Below, in pieces: positions 25,201-37,500 of a stretch of 64,000 nt of DNA. Both the position numbers and the translations under genes were made by a program. Every line of letters begins with the position of its first letter. Positions within the stretch are counted from its first letter, which is position 1. Source of the stretch: Haplodiscus bocki (taxonomy: Eukaryota); NCBI GenBank assembly GCA_965655095.1, contig OZ296648.1, forward strand, positions 73,966,001-74,030,000. Reading direction: 5' to 3'. The notes under the pieces were generated by a model. That model saw only the letters and a list, made by a program, of their open reading frames with translations. It was not told the DNA's origin and did no database searches.

Positions 25201-27559
25201 GGTAAAAATTCGAAGACAACAGAAGAATTTGACGATAACTGTTGAAGTTCGAGTTAAAACAGTGGGATGATTAGTTAGTTTTTAGCGGCCGTTAGGTACA
25301 ATATTTAATTACAACTACGATGTCTTCTTCACTGTGAGACTTGTACACAAACATAAGAAATCAACAAGAAAATGTCAAAAGACTAAGGCCACTTGAAATT
25401 TTAGTGATGCAATTTGCTCAGCATCGTTGAAAATCTCTGATAAGTCTAATGTTCAAACGAACATTTGAGATGCCATAGTCTTTCCGGTACTTCCGGCTCT
25501 GTCGAGTCGGATGGAAAAAAATTGAAAAACTCAATGAACTGAACGCTTCCATTGCAATGTGAAACTTCAAGTGTAGTAAGTTTCCCTTTTAGTTTTTGGT
25601 GTTTAGCGGCGAACGAAATCATAGTGTAAGTTCATGGGATTGTGATTTTTCCTACAATTTTGATGCTGTAAATCTTAATGCAGAAAAGTTGACTACGGTA
25701 AAAAACCTAAAAACAACTTGCAACGTGAACTTCCAAGATTAGAGAAACTGCTTGATAGAAAATTTCGGCTGAGAACTGTAATCTACAAAAAAATATAAAA
25801 AACTGTAATAGTTTCGGAAAATTCAGCTCACTGAGAAAAATTGTCGATTGTGTGAATGTTCAAAGAAAGATTGTTTTTTTCCACTTAAATGTTTAGCGTA
25901 AGGAACTTAATAAAATGTGTTCCTTTCTGCTGGTATTTTGAACGCTTATTGTCTTCTTCACAAAAAATGTGCAGTTTTCCACAACTTCGGCAAGAAGAAA
26001 TTCTTTGAGAAAAATCTGGAAGCCATAAAATAGAACGATGTGGAAACTTGTAACAAAACTTGAGCGTAGTTTTTAGGATCCTAATTCTGAGACTTAATTA
26101 CAACAGAATCTCAAGTTGAAAACACAATAAACTTTTGCGCAGTTTTGGTCACAGAAAGACTTGATAGAAGAATTATAAAAGCATCGAAGAATTGAAAAAC
26201 ACTTTTTGCCTGTTGAAAGTTCCAGAGGGTCTGAACAAAAGTTTATGGTCAGTTGAATGTTTTAACGGAGGTAATTTAATCAGAAGTGCCTAAAGTCACC
26301 GATAAGTGTAGTCACAAAACACCACTAGAGATTTTGATATTTCGGGCAGTTCCGATTCTCTCAGAAGAGACGAAAGAAATCGAACTGAAAAAGAAAGCAG
26401 AAAAATTGCTTCAATCAAGCAGTTTAGGGGGTCGGCGGTTTGATGAAATTGTTCATTCTTGCTGCTTTTTGAAACTTTCTCTGGTTTTTAAGTGCATATT
26501 CCGGCAACCTCGGCACTCTGACACTCCTTGGTAAAAATTTGAAGACAAAAGAAGAATTTGACGATAACTGTTGAAGTTCGAGTTAAAACAGTGAGATGAT
26601 TAGTTAGAGTTTTTAGCGGCCGTTAGGTACAATATTTAATTACAACTACGATGTCTTCTTCACTGTGAGACTTGTACACAAACATAAGAAATCAACAAGA
26701 AAATGTCAAAAGACTAAGGCCACTTGAAATTTTGGACATGCGCAATTTGCTCAGCATCGTTTAAAATCACAGATAAGTCTAATGTTTAAACAAACATTTG
26801 AGATGCCATAGTCTTTCCGGTACTTCCGGCTCTGTCGAGTCGGATGGAAAAAAATTGAAAAACTCAATGAACTGAACGCTTCCATTGCAATGTGAAACTT
26901 CAAGTGTAGTAAGTTTCCCTTTTAGTTTTTGGTGTTTAGCGGCGAACGAAATCATAGTGTAAGTTCATGGGATTGTGATTTTTCCTACAATTTTGATGCT
27001 GTAAATCTTAATGCAGAAAAGTTGACTACGGTAAAAAACCTAAAAACAACTTGCAACGTGAACTTCCAAGATTGGAGAAACTGCTTGATAGAAACTTTCG
27101 GCTGAGAACTGTAATCTACAAAAAAATATAAAAAACTGTAATAGTTTCGGAAAATTCAGCTCACTGAGAAAAATTGTCGATTGTGTGAATGTTCAAAGAA
27201 AGATTGTTTTTTCCACTTAAATGTTTAGCGTAAGGAACTTAATAAAATGTGTTCCTTTCTGCTGGTATTTTGAACGCTTATTGTCTTCTTCACAAAAAAT
27301 GTGCAGTTTTCCACAACTTCGGCAAGAAGAAATTCTTTGAGAAAAATCTGGAAGCCATAAAATAGAACGATGTGGAAACTTGTAACAAAACTTGAGCGTA
27401 GTTATTGGGATCCTAATTCTGAGACTTAATTACAACAGAATCTCAAGTTGAAAACACAATAAACTTTTGCGGAGTTTTGGTCACAGAAAGACTTGATAGA
27501 AGAATTATAAGAGCATCGAAGAATTGAAAAACACTTTTTGCCTGTTGAAAGTTCCAGAG
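22240..27559. repeat. Young tandem array, 4 x ~1329 bp
   Basis: Unit starts gggtctgaacaaaag at 22241, 23569, 24898 and 26227. Copies are near-identical (about 99% by eye); the same short ORF recurs at 22300, 23628, 24957 and 26286. Confidence 0.98.
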
Positions 27560-29249
27560 CAAGGAACTTGTTTGAAAGTCTTTAAAACCGCTGATAAGTT
27601 TAACTTTTTTGAACTTTCCCGAGATACTGCAACATTTCCGGCAATATCGTTTCCGTATTGCTCCTGCTGTGATTGATTTCTAACTATTTTTGTCACCGTT
27701 ATCTTTGGCGGAAAAAATTGGAATCATCAGGGAATGGAAAAAACTTGAAAACAATTTGGAAATTTGACTGTCGGAAACCTAAGTACTAGTGTTCAGAATA
27801 ACTATAAAGAGTATTGTTCAGGCCAGTCAAAATTTAAACCTTCATTTTCATTCTCAAAAAACTGTGAATTGTTGGATGATTTCTCTGTACTTTGAAATTG
27901 GAATGAAAAGATTTGACAGCGATAAAAAGATGAGATAACCTGTTGCAATATAATAGGTCATTTCTGAAGAATCTTTTCTATGATGTTTATTATTGCTCAG
28001 ATTTTAATCATCAAAAGAATCTAAGAAATTGAAACATTTTCGGAACTGTAAAGTCAAGAAGACTATATGGATGAAAACAATTCATGAAAATTTATAAAAC
28101 TGTACAGCAAATGGAAATTTAAAAGCATGGAACAAGTTTTGAGGTGTTCAGTACGGCCGTTATTTGGAACACTTGAGTTCAAATGAAAAGAATTATTCAG
28201 TTTCCGGCAACTTCGCACCTATGAAAGTCCATGAGGACAAACTGAAAGCACCGAATTTTTTGACAAAATTTTTTGAAACTTTGGAACTAGAAGAATGGGA
28301 TTGTTTTTCACAGAGTTGTTCATAATTGAGAAGCACAAACATTTTTCAAAGATCCAAGAAAAACTTCCAAAGTTTACAGCACTGCAAAGTTTTTCGTAGA
28401 AAATTAAACCAACAAGTTATGGCCAGTCAGAAGTTTAAACGTGTGGAAATTGCTCTATATTGCTGACAATTACTGAAAAGTACGGTATTTGAAAACACTT
28501 CCAAAGAACTGTAACAATTTTGTTCTTTTTGGCACTGTCCAAGATGGAAAGCAATTGAATAGATCAAAGTATTGGAACTTTCATTGAAAGTACAAAGTTA
28601 AATGTCCAGATTTCTTTGGTGCACAACTTTGCAAAAGCTTCACAGCCCTCGTTTTTATTCTAAAAGACTGTGAATTTTCTGACACTTTGGCTATTCTGAA
28701 ACACGACGACGAATATTTGTCTGCGAAAAAAAATGCGCGGAAATCTGTTGAGTTTCAAAAGTTTGAAAACAGGGAATCTAGTTAATGGTGTACATTGTCG
28801 ATCATCAAAAAAATTTTTGACAAAGATTCCTAAAAGACTGTAATATTTCAGAATATTTCAGCTCTATGAGACTAGATTGAAAAATAAAGAAAAAGTCGGA
28901 GAAGTCAAAGAAATGAAAACTCTCAGGCTTTTTAACAGTTTAAACGTAAGGTGTTCAATAAATAGTGTCAATGCTTTCTGGTGTTTGGAACGTTCAATGA
29001 CATTTGCAAAGAATTGTGGATCGACAAACTCGGCCCTGTAAAACTCATTGGCAAAACTTAGAAATCGAAAAAAGAAACCTAAAGAAACCTGTTTCAGTCT
29101 GGGTTTCAACAGTTGGATTCTTCTAGAAAGTTTAGCACTGTAGAAAAGTGGAATTTCTTTTCAAATGTCTAAGAAGTTTCTCCGAAGTTTTGGGCAGCGA
29201 GCGAGGTGTTCGGAAAGAAAATAAAAACAGCAAAAAATCACATTTATTT

Positions 29250-29670
29250 TGGACCTGCATTCTGCGTGCCCAGAAGACATTTTGACGAGAAAGTTTTTTT
29301 GATAAATTCACAAATATATATATTTTTTCGGACTCTCAGTAGAAATTTCTCAAATTTCTGGCAATAAAAATTCAGCAGAGTTGTGTATATTAATTTCTAC
29401 GTGTCCAGTGGAAAGTACTGACGAGCAACTTTTTTGGAAAAAATTTACTAACTTTTTTGGATTTTGGACGAATAAATTTTGGACGTTTGTCAAAAACTAT
29501 TTAGCAGGGTTAATAAACTTGCATTTTACCTTTCCAAATGAAATTTCCGGGGAACTTTTTTTCAGATAAATTTCTTAATCATTTGTATTTTTCCAAAATT
29601 TGAGCAGAAAGGAATGAGACTTCGGGCGGAAAAAATCGGCAAATTTGTCAAAACTGCATTCCTTGTGACT
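29250..29670. repeat. Degenerate ~130-bp minisatellite (aaaactgcattctacgtgtccag-like core)
   Basis: Core variants at ~29253, 29390, 29515 and 29650; a paralogous block lies at 59243-59790. Confidence 0.7.
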
Positions 29671-30628
29671 ACGTTCTTGAACTAACCTAGAATTTCCTTC
29701 TCGCTGAACTTTTATCTACTTATAATTTTTAGAACATAAGCACCGATCCACTGAAAAATATTAAAGACTTCTTATATTACAAATTCTAACAACCATTCGA
29801 TAAAAAATACTCTACTTTCTAGTATCTAAACGTACCATTTATGAATGTCGAGTATGTAAGGAATCAGGAAAAAATGAAGCGTTAGTAGAAACAAAGAAAA
29901 TGAACTGTTTACAAAGGGCCATGTGAATTTTTCACCTGAGAATTATAAAATAATTCACAAAAAATATTCCAGATTACCCAAATTCAAATAGGAAAATATA
30001 GTTTTTGAAAGTGCTAGTGACAAAGATGGCAGGACCAAACGTAAACGAACAAAAGCAATTCATGAGAGAATGCTCAATGAAAATCATTATCCGAGGGAGG
30101 TATATCACAAAATCAATGGTTTTTGATGATTGTTGCGTAGAAGTCTGAAAGAAGGATTGTAGAAAAAAAGGGCCGAAAAATGGTTAAAAAAATTATGAAA
30201 GTCTGGTTTTGCAACAAGATCTTTCAGCACGGAAAAATAAAAAATAAAAGTAAAGAACCATAATTGTATGAAAATCTTTCATTTGCTTTATGGCTATTGA
30301 GTGAGTGACTACATGTGGTCTTCAACTCAACCCACTCCAAACCAAATGGTATTAGTAATAAGAGAGTAAGCTGGTCGCATGGGGATTGAGGTCCCTCTAT
30401 TTGTTATGATGGTCTTTTGCGACCCGGGAGCCAAATGGAGCTCAAAAGCGGTGTTGAGGACGGGATATCTCGTCTCGGCTCCTATGTTAATACATGGGGT
30501 CAACATATTGAGATAGGGTTTTTCGGCACCATAACAACGTATTATGATAGGGTTTTTTTTAACACAACCCCATGGAGTAGGATAGGGTTCGGCAATACCC
30601 ACGCCCCTGAAAAAAAACGTTTTTCGGC

Positions 30629-32714
30629 ATCTTCTACAACCTCAAGAGATCAATGCCGCCCAGTGAAAACTATACTAATGACTGGCTTGAAAACTTTGCT
30701 CAGTTTCTATCATTGTATTACCGAAAAAAGCGCCAAAAACGTCAAAATGCCCCCTTCTATTATTCTTCCCACACCATGCACCTGCTAAACGTCCTCAACA
30801 CTACCGAACGACGCTGTGAGAAATGTCCCTCGGCCTTAAACTTGAGGAAAATGAGCGCGATTGCTCGCGACGTCAATATTTCTAACGAACTTGACACCGC
30901 CGTTTTTTGTGGACTCCTTCATGAAACGTAATAGTGGACTAAATGGCTGCTTCAAACTACAAAAAATACTCAAAACCTCGAACGTACCAAACGTCATGAT
31001 CCAAAACGACGTGAAACTTCAGCGAAATGTTGACATCGGCGAAGCCTTCAACGCTTCCTTTGCCAGTGTCTTCAACCACAGAACGTCAGCTGTCAGTGAC
31101 TTCAGTGATAATGAGATTAATGCTGTACAAATTACACAAACTGATGTTTTTGATGCGTTAACTTTGTCTACTCTTGGAAAGGGTCATGACGGAATCAGTG
31201 ATGACTTCCTGAAAACAAGCTGTTCCGAACTCAGCTTTCACGTGTACAAGCTGTTTCAAAGTATTCTACATGGTGGTATCTACCCTGAAGAATGGAAAAT
31301 CGCGAAAATCACCCCTGTATTCAAATCCGGTAAGAAGCAGGATGTAACATGTTATCGGCCCATTAGTCTATTTTCCAAACTCTCCCTCTCGTTTGAAAGG
31401 GTTAATTTTAAGAATTTGTACAAGTTCATTGCCCAAAAATTGTCCACTCGGCAATTTGGTTTTCTAAAGGGCCGAAGCACCATCACACAACTCCTACTCT
31501 TTCTCACTGAGGCTTACTACGCGAACGAGAAGAACAATGAACTGTATGCGTTCTATCTAGACTTAGCAAAGGCCTTCGACACAGTGCCCGACCATCTAAT
31601 CCTAACGAAACTCAGACACTTTGGAATTGGAGGTAATTTGCTCAAAATTATCGACAGCTACCTGATCGGACGAAAACGAATTGTTGAAATGATGGGGACC
31701 AGCTCTACTTTCCGTGTCATTATCAGTGGGGTTCCGCAAGGCTCTATCTTGGGTCGCCTACTCTTCCTCGTTTTCATAGATAAGTTGCCTAACAGCTGCT
31801 CTGAGTCCCTCATGTTCCTTTTTGCTGATGACTGCAAATCGATCAGCTCGTATCTCCCTGCCCTAGAGCGGGACTTCCACAGCTGTCTTCGTTGGGAACA
31901 TAACCTTATGACTTTCAATTTAAGCAAAACAAACTTTATCGTTTTGGTAAGAGTGCTCCAGGACTATCGCTAAACATCGAAATTACTGCTATCGCTTCTT
32001 CCAATACTGTCAAAGACCTGGGTCTTACTATCAGCTCTAACCTGTCCTGGTCAAGGCATATCGAACTCAAAGTTAAATCTGCGTATTCAATCTTCTACAA
32101 CCTCAAAAGATCAATGCCGCCCAACACCCACTGGCACACGAAGATCACTTTGTTTAAATCCTACATTTTTTCTACAGTTTTAAACGCCTCTGAAATTTGG
32201 TGCCCAAGTAAAACAGATTTGACACGTCTAGAACTTTTACAATCTCGTATGTTCAAATGGGCTTTCCCTGGATCCAACTACAAAGAACGCTTATCGAAAG
32301 CTAAAATGCTGCCCATAACGTTGGAAATACAGTTTCGATCGCTTATTCTCTTGAACAGACTACTAAACGGATTTTACAGCAATTTTCTTATTTTATCACA
32401 TATCTCTTTCACGATCCCAATTTCTGGTGCATACAACACCCGGTTATCTGAAAAGCCTATCTTCCATCTGCCGGAAGTCAAGAAGACACGAACGACCCAC
32501 GATTTCTTTTACCGAGTGCCAAATCTTGTGAAATACTTCCATGCAAACACGAATCTGGACATATTCAAAAACCAAGCTAGTTTCAAATATACTGCTGCGG
32601 CCGAGTTCAACAAATTATCTTTGTTAAATATCTGTAACCTCGAACAAGTACATGTAATTTTTAATTTCCCACTTACATTGCCTTCATAGCAATTCAAGTC
32701 TCTCTCTCTCTCTC
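30629..32714 (+). mobile_element. 5'-truncated LINE (CR1/L2-group RT) inserted in the Polinton TIR, with (TC)8 tail
   Basis: ORF 30861..31973 has YRPISL, QFGF, YLDLAKAFDTV, SGVPQGSILG and FADD; KDLG at ~32012; C-terminal ORF 32114..32689; (TC)8 at 32699-32714. No endonuclease domain. Confidence 0.92.
30861..31973 (+). pseudogene. Reverse transcriptase domain of the truncated LINE
   Basis: 370-aa open frame with all core RT motifs, bounded by frameshifts to the upstream (30653..30931) and downstream (32114..32689) parts of ORF2. Confidence 0.9.
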
Positions 32715-33126
32715 ACCCGAGTTAGGCTACTGTCCAAAATAGGTTTGGTTAGGAAAATCATTGGCACTGTGAGCCCGGGATGAGGTTCATTCGATTATAT
32801 AGGGCACTCCAAGGCATTAGGATTTCGATTTAATGTATCAAAACTTAATTGGTTTGATTCGCGCAGTTCAGTAGTAATGTGTGAGAAGTGGAGGGAGAAA
32901 CAAGAGGTCTGTTGGCGGGTTTTGAAACTGTTCGGAAGGAATACGGAATTCTTGCTGCGGATACTTTAACACTCGTGCGGTTACTTAATTACGGTAGCGG
33001 GTCTCCTTATACTGCTTGATGTTATGTGAAAAGGTTGACTAAAAGATTTAAAAAGCGAATTATACAGTATGAATTTGAACAAAAACCTCGTAAAAACAGC
33101 ATTTTTACATTGAAACTGTTAGGAGT

Positions 33127-33500
33127 TGACATCCAATCACTTATTAGAGATAGTTCATTGAAATTTTGAACTTCAGTAATTTCTTTTTGACGGAAGTTTA
33201 AGAGATGGAAAGCTGCATTAACCGCAAACACTAGCATGGGAGAGAATTTCTTCTGCCATCACTTGCTTGGGATGCTGTTTGGAAAGAACGGTGTTTTTTC
33301 ACTTTCAAGATGGTCTGCAAAAAATTTGCGTGACAAAACTTCGCTATGAATGTCCCTAAAAACTTTTGGGTTGCATGTTGATGAGAGCATGAGTGTCATT
33401 GTCAAGAGTTAGAACTTAGTCAAAGGGAAATGAACCAATGTAACGATGTTTGAGTAGCGGGTGTAACCAGTGAATACCTGCTGGAGAGGTACTTTAACTA
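33127..33500 (-). pseudogene. Polinton adenain-like cysteine protease
   Basis: Minus-strand fragments KHRYIGSFPFD*V..LDNDTHALINMQP...GHS...FFADHL...SVCG...AAFHLLNFRQ follow the adenain H/D/C order; position directly after MCP. Confidence 0.7.
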
Positions 33501-34775
33501 TTCTCTATATTCTATCCAAGAATACCAAACTTGCCAACTGCCACCGAATACAGTCTTTCCTCCTGTGACAAGGTTTCAGTGACGTGTTTTAGAGCAAAAC
33601 TGAAATTTAGGTCACGGCTCAGTGTTTCTCCAACTAATTCTGGGAATTGACAAGTCACTATAGCATTCGGCTTTGAAATCAAATCAGACAACAGTACCTA
33701 ATGGTTTTTGTTATTATCAATTGAAAAGGGGGGATATCATTTTGGAAGTTTAATGCTTTCATTGTCGGAACGTATAGGCGACATTTATCAGCAGCATCCA
33801 AGTTTACAAATGGCTGACCACCTCTGTGTGTTCTAATTTGGCTGAGATCAAATCAGTGATACCCGAATAGACTCTAAGTGTACGATCCACTGAATGCAGA
33901 GTTTTTATTCAATGCAGTAGCAACCCGCCGAAAAAAAACATCCTCCTAATAGTTTTCTTGGATGAACTGGTTTTTTCTGGCAGGGGTGATGAAAGACTTT
34001 GCTAGAAATTCCAAGCGACAGTACTCAACGGAAGTACATGCAAGAATGTCCTTTCGTTTTTTGTGATAATCGTCCTTGAGTGCAAAAGGACCATTGTAAA
34101 GTAAAGAATCAGCAATTCCAGGCCATACGTTGGGGTTTTCGCTGATCTTGTAAAAACTAGGTCTGGTTTTGATTAGTCTCAGCCTAATTTTCTTATTTGG
34201 ATATAGCAAATCAAAAGTGGAAGAAAAGTCAACTCCCGATTTGTTATACAAGATGGAGTTATTGGGTCTACTACGCATTTTCATTCTCCTTGTAGAAAAA
34301 GTTTGAGACTGGGGTGCTTCCATAATCTCGTCAAGAGACTCTTCATATTCGTGCCATTCGCAGTGCCATTCAAAACTCCCTTTTAATTAGAGATGGCTCC
34401 CTGGAAGTTGTTGGAATTGTCAGACATGTGAGCATAGAACACATTTGATTTGTAAATTCTCTAATTGTTGATGTACACGTCAACCTTGGGAAAATTTAGC
34501 CTCTTTGGCCTCCTGTCATGTGTTCCCTTTTAACTTACTTGATATTGTAAGTTTTGTAACCACGACCTATGATGATATTGAATCTCAGAGCCAAGTAGGA
34601 CCCTCTTAAATCAAGGTGAAGAATCCGATCCGTTTGAGTTTTTAAATCAGATGCAGTTTTCATCAAGTGTGTTGGTGGGATAAAACTCTCGTTCGAGGGA
34701 CGACAAGACATTGTGAACGAAAAACATTTTTCTTCAAGACTTCCAGAAAATATCACAAGAAAGTGGTATTGGAGT
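33500..34775 (-). pseudogene. Polinton major capsid protein (double jelly roll)
   Basis: N-terminal EFYPTNTLDENCI*F..TDRILHLDLRGSYLALRF; ORF 33946..34323 (LLYPNKKIRLRLIKTRP...AKSFITPARKNQFIQEN); downstream traces SAFSGSY, FDLSQIR, LYVPTMKALNF, VLLSDL, PELVGETL. Confidence 0.8.
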
Positions 34776-34788
34776 TTTTATGACAAGA

Positions 34789-35155
34789 TTAGTGAGAAAC
34801 ATTTGCAAAAAACTCTCTTCCCGACCGACTCATTTTTTCTGCAGATTTTGTTGTATTGACTCTGCTTGTAGTATTTTTATTGCTACCACTGCCCAACTCT
34901 TTCGTCGGACTTTGTCTTCCCATGCTCTTTGCTGCCCTCTTACGGTTTTTTCTACCACTGACAACCTCTGCAGTCTCTGGGGCTGCAACTTTTGACAAGG
35001 TAGCACTCACAAGTTTTGCAGCTGGGACGAAAAATTTACGTAAAACTGGAATTGCAGTTTAGCCAATATCTTGTGTAAGTAGAATGAATCCCTTTCCACG
35101 CTGTCGACCGATACTTCTACGGAAAAGAATCTGTACTTGCCTTGAAGCAACCATC
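34789..35155 (-). pseudogene. Small basic Polinton protein (core-protein-like, with R.RG.G motif)
   Basis: MVASRQVQILFRRSIGRQRGKGF... continuing VAAPETAEVVSGRKNRKRAAKSMGRQ...LGSGS, located between minor capsid and MCP. Confidence 0.55.
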
Positions 35156-35169
35156 TTGAGGCGTCTTTT

Positions 35170-35970
35170 CAGTGAAAAAGTAAAATTGGTAGTTTTTCCA
35201 GACACTGGAACAAGTCGAGTAATGCCAACGAATACAATGGAACTTTTTTGCATCTTCTCTCTCTCGAATCATTGTGAATAGTATGAAGAAGGTTTTTGAG
35301 CAGCAGTTTAAATTGTGGGTTACCAAATATTCGATAGATCATGCATTGTCCTGCAGAAATTTTGTCCTCAGCTTTTGGCTTGGAATTGAAGGAAAGTAGC
35401 GCAGCAAAGGACCCTTTGTGTCTCCGATGATATTGTACTCAAATCAAGTCTGTGTATAACAAGAGGGGGTGTATGCGGACAATGTCACAAACAAACAAAG
35501 GCTTGTTGTGACTTTTTCCTCTCAACTCTTCTCCGAATTCTTTGGCGATAATTCCAGAAATGTGTCCCAAGTCCGCAATTAAAAACGCAAGATCCGATCC
35601 TCTGCGAGGTAGATATCACTTTCTTTGCTTTTTTTTCGGACAGTTTTACTGCGAGAAGTTTTTCGCTTAGGCTATGTTTCTCTCAATATAGACTGCTTGT
35701 AGTAAAAAAGCCGTAATCGAAAACAAACTCCGGAATTTTTGGGTTCCAGATAGCAAAGTTCGAACGTGTTTGAGAGTTTTGTGTCAAAAAGCATAAATTG
35801 TCCATCTGTTGCATAATGATACGTTATTAGGTGGGATTTTTCTGAAATTGCAATCTCTTATTGCCACTCCAAATTCAGTTGCTTCGGCAAAAAACATGTG
35901 GAAATGCCGAGTGTCTGGAAAAAATTCTCAAGTTCATTAAATAAACTCTTTTCAAAAACGAATCCGATGT
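35170..35970 (-). pseudogene. Polinton minor capsid (penton-like) protein
   Basis: N-terminal FFPD...FLPKQLNLEWQ*EIAISE; C-terminal IVRIHPLLLYTDLI/EYNIIGDTKGPLLR...F..LLKN..HTIH.D.R, matching the Y.D......GD....LLR penton signature. Confidence 0.7.
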
Positions 35971-35989
35971 TCAATGACTTTCGTCAACT

Positions 35990-36880
35990 TTTTCTGATAA
36001 AAATTTCTTAGTTAAATCTCATGTTGGGTGTTTTTTGTTGTATATGTAAATAATTTTCTGAAAAAATTTCCATGAATTTCAAAAAATTGCTGTGTAAGGC
36101 GTTGCCTATAAAACATCTTGAAAAGTATGTCATTTTTGGAGATGCAGACTGTTTTTCCAGTTTGAAATTTTGGTTTTCTGTTTTAACATAGACATTTGCT
36201 GTAAAACAATTAGAAAAAGTCGGAACTTTTGACATCTTTCTGTTTCAAGTTCAATCAAAACTTCTTTTTAGAATTCAAAGTTGTGACAAACTGTGGTAAC
36301 TTGTGAACGTACTTCAATCCGTAAGCTTCCAAGTAGCAATAAAGAACATATTTCAATTATCGTGTTTCGCTTTTGGTATATGTAGCTTTAGTCTCATTTG
36401 TTGTAGAATACATTTGTACTCCGTTTGCATTGCCAATTTATCACAACTCTCCAGCAGTCTCAATCCCCCTTGTCAAAAAAAATTCTTGGGATGGTTTTTT
36501 TCAATTCATAGTTGAAACCACTCTGACAACCTCTTTGGCATTTTTCGTCCCAATTCATTTGCTTTAAAAGTTCGATCAAACAGGTCTTGACAAGAAGCTA
36601 AATAGGTTACACCATTGCGTTCCCTCGCCAGTGTATCCACAAATGAAATATCTATACATGAAATTCAATCTTTGAACTTAGCAAAAGCCTGCATTCCCTT
36701 GAGTTTTCATGTGGTGAAAGTAAAATTCCTGTAGCCAGTCCTCGAATGTAAACATTGTCTAACCTTTGACACTGGAAGGTTGCCAGCCTGTGAAAAACTA
36801 TGAGCAGGTCCATACGCAGTAGCACGTTGAGAGTACAACTTTTGCAATTTTTGACGTTCAGATTTTTGAAGTGACACTGC
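35990..36880 (-). pseudogene. Polinton rve-type integrase
   Basis: KLQKLYSQRAT/AYG...SKVRQCL...AFAKFKD*ISCIDISFVDTLA..NGVTYLASCQDLFDRT...DKG.ETAG...KHDN*, heavily mutated. Confidence 0.75.
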
Positions 36881-37500
36881 GTCGGCTCTCTTAAGTTTGG
36901 CGTTCTGACTTAAAACCAGAGTTGGAAAATTGCCAACAGCGTCAACTTAAAAAAAGTAAATATCCAGGATATCTGCGTTTTTTCGACGCAGTTGTTAAGC
37001 AAAATCCGACAAAAGCTTTACAGTTTCTGCACGAAAGAAACATAAAGCCTGCGTAATTGAAAGCTTAATACGCAGGCAAAACAAAACTTTTTACTAAAGA
37101 AATTGATTTTTCCAAACAACTTTCCAGTCTTTTCCTCCTTTACCGACTGAATTTGGTACGTGGGGTTTTGCTCGGATACTTTGAAAGTTCCTGCTTTGAA
37201 ACTGACTGGGTTTTCAAAATGTTGTTGTACACAGAAGCAGGAACAACAACAAGCTGCTCAAAATTAAAAAAAGAAGGCTAATGACAAGAGAAGTGGGAAC
37301 TTTTGTTGTTAGTTGCAGGCATTTTTAAGACACAAAAAACGTATCTTTTTGTTTCGAAGTTCCTCTTTTTTTTTAAAAAAAAAACAAAATTTGGTTTCGG
37401 ACGTTGTCACGTGACCTTTTTAAATGCTTTGCAAAAATCCCGTGAATATATTTACTATACCCTTGCAGAGAAACCGGAGAAACCTTTGTTTCAAGACTCA
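36880..37500 (-). pseudogene. Two small conserved-looking Polinton ORFs between ATPase and integrase
   Basis: RFLCKGIVNIFTGFLQSI (37500-37420) and LVVVPASVYNN..TQSVSKQEL...LRIKLS...LLSDFA*QLRRKNADI (37260-36900); position matches the small genes that flank Polinton ATPases. Confidence 0.45.

Larger units (their letters stand above)
21900..30353. repeat. Diverged tandem macro-repeat, copy A (left part, split by Polinton B)
   Basis: Collinear homology with 56480-61150 and 62990-64000, e.g. 27460-28560 with 56985-58070 and 22260-22800 with 63060-63600. Confidence 0.75.
30354..33020 (+). repeat. Left TIR of Polinton B, interrupted by a LINE at ~30629-32714
   Basis: 30354-30628 and 32715-33010 are both inverse-homologous to 54940-55727, e.g. 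ttggcactgtgagcccgggatgaggttcattcga (32761) vs the reverse complement ttgacattgtgtacccgagaagaagttcacttcga (~55195-55229). Confidence 0.8.

Noticed and set aside
22300-26534. Four copies of a short ORF (MPKVTDKCSHK...) as a tandem gene family
   Set aside because: GTG start, frameshifted in copy 1, no recognisable domain, not preserved in the diverged paralogue at ~63100; a by-product of the array.
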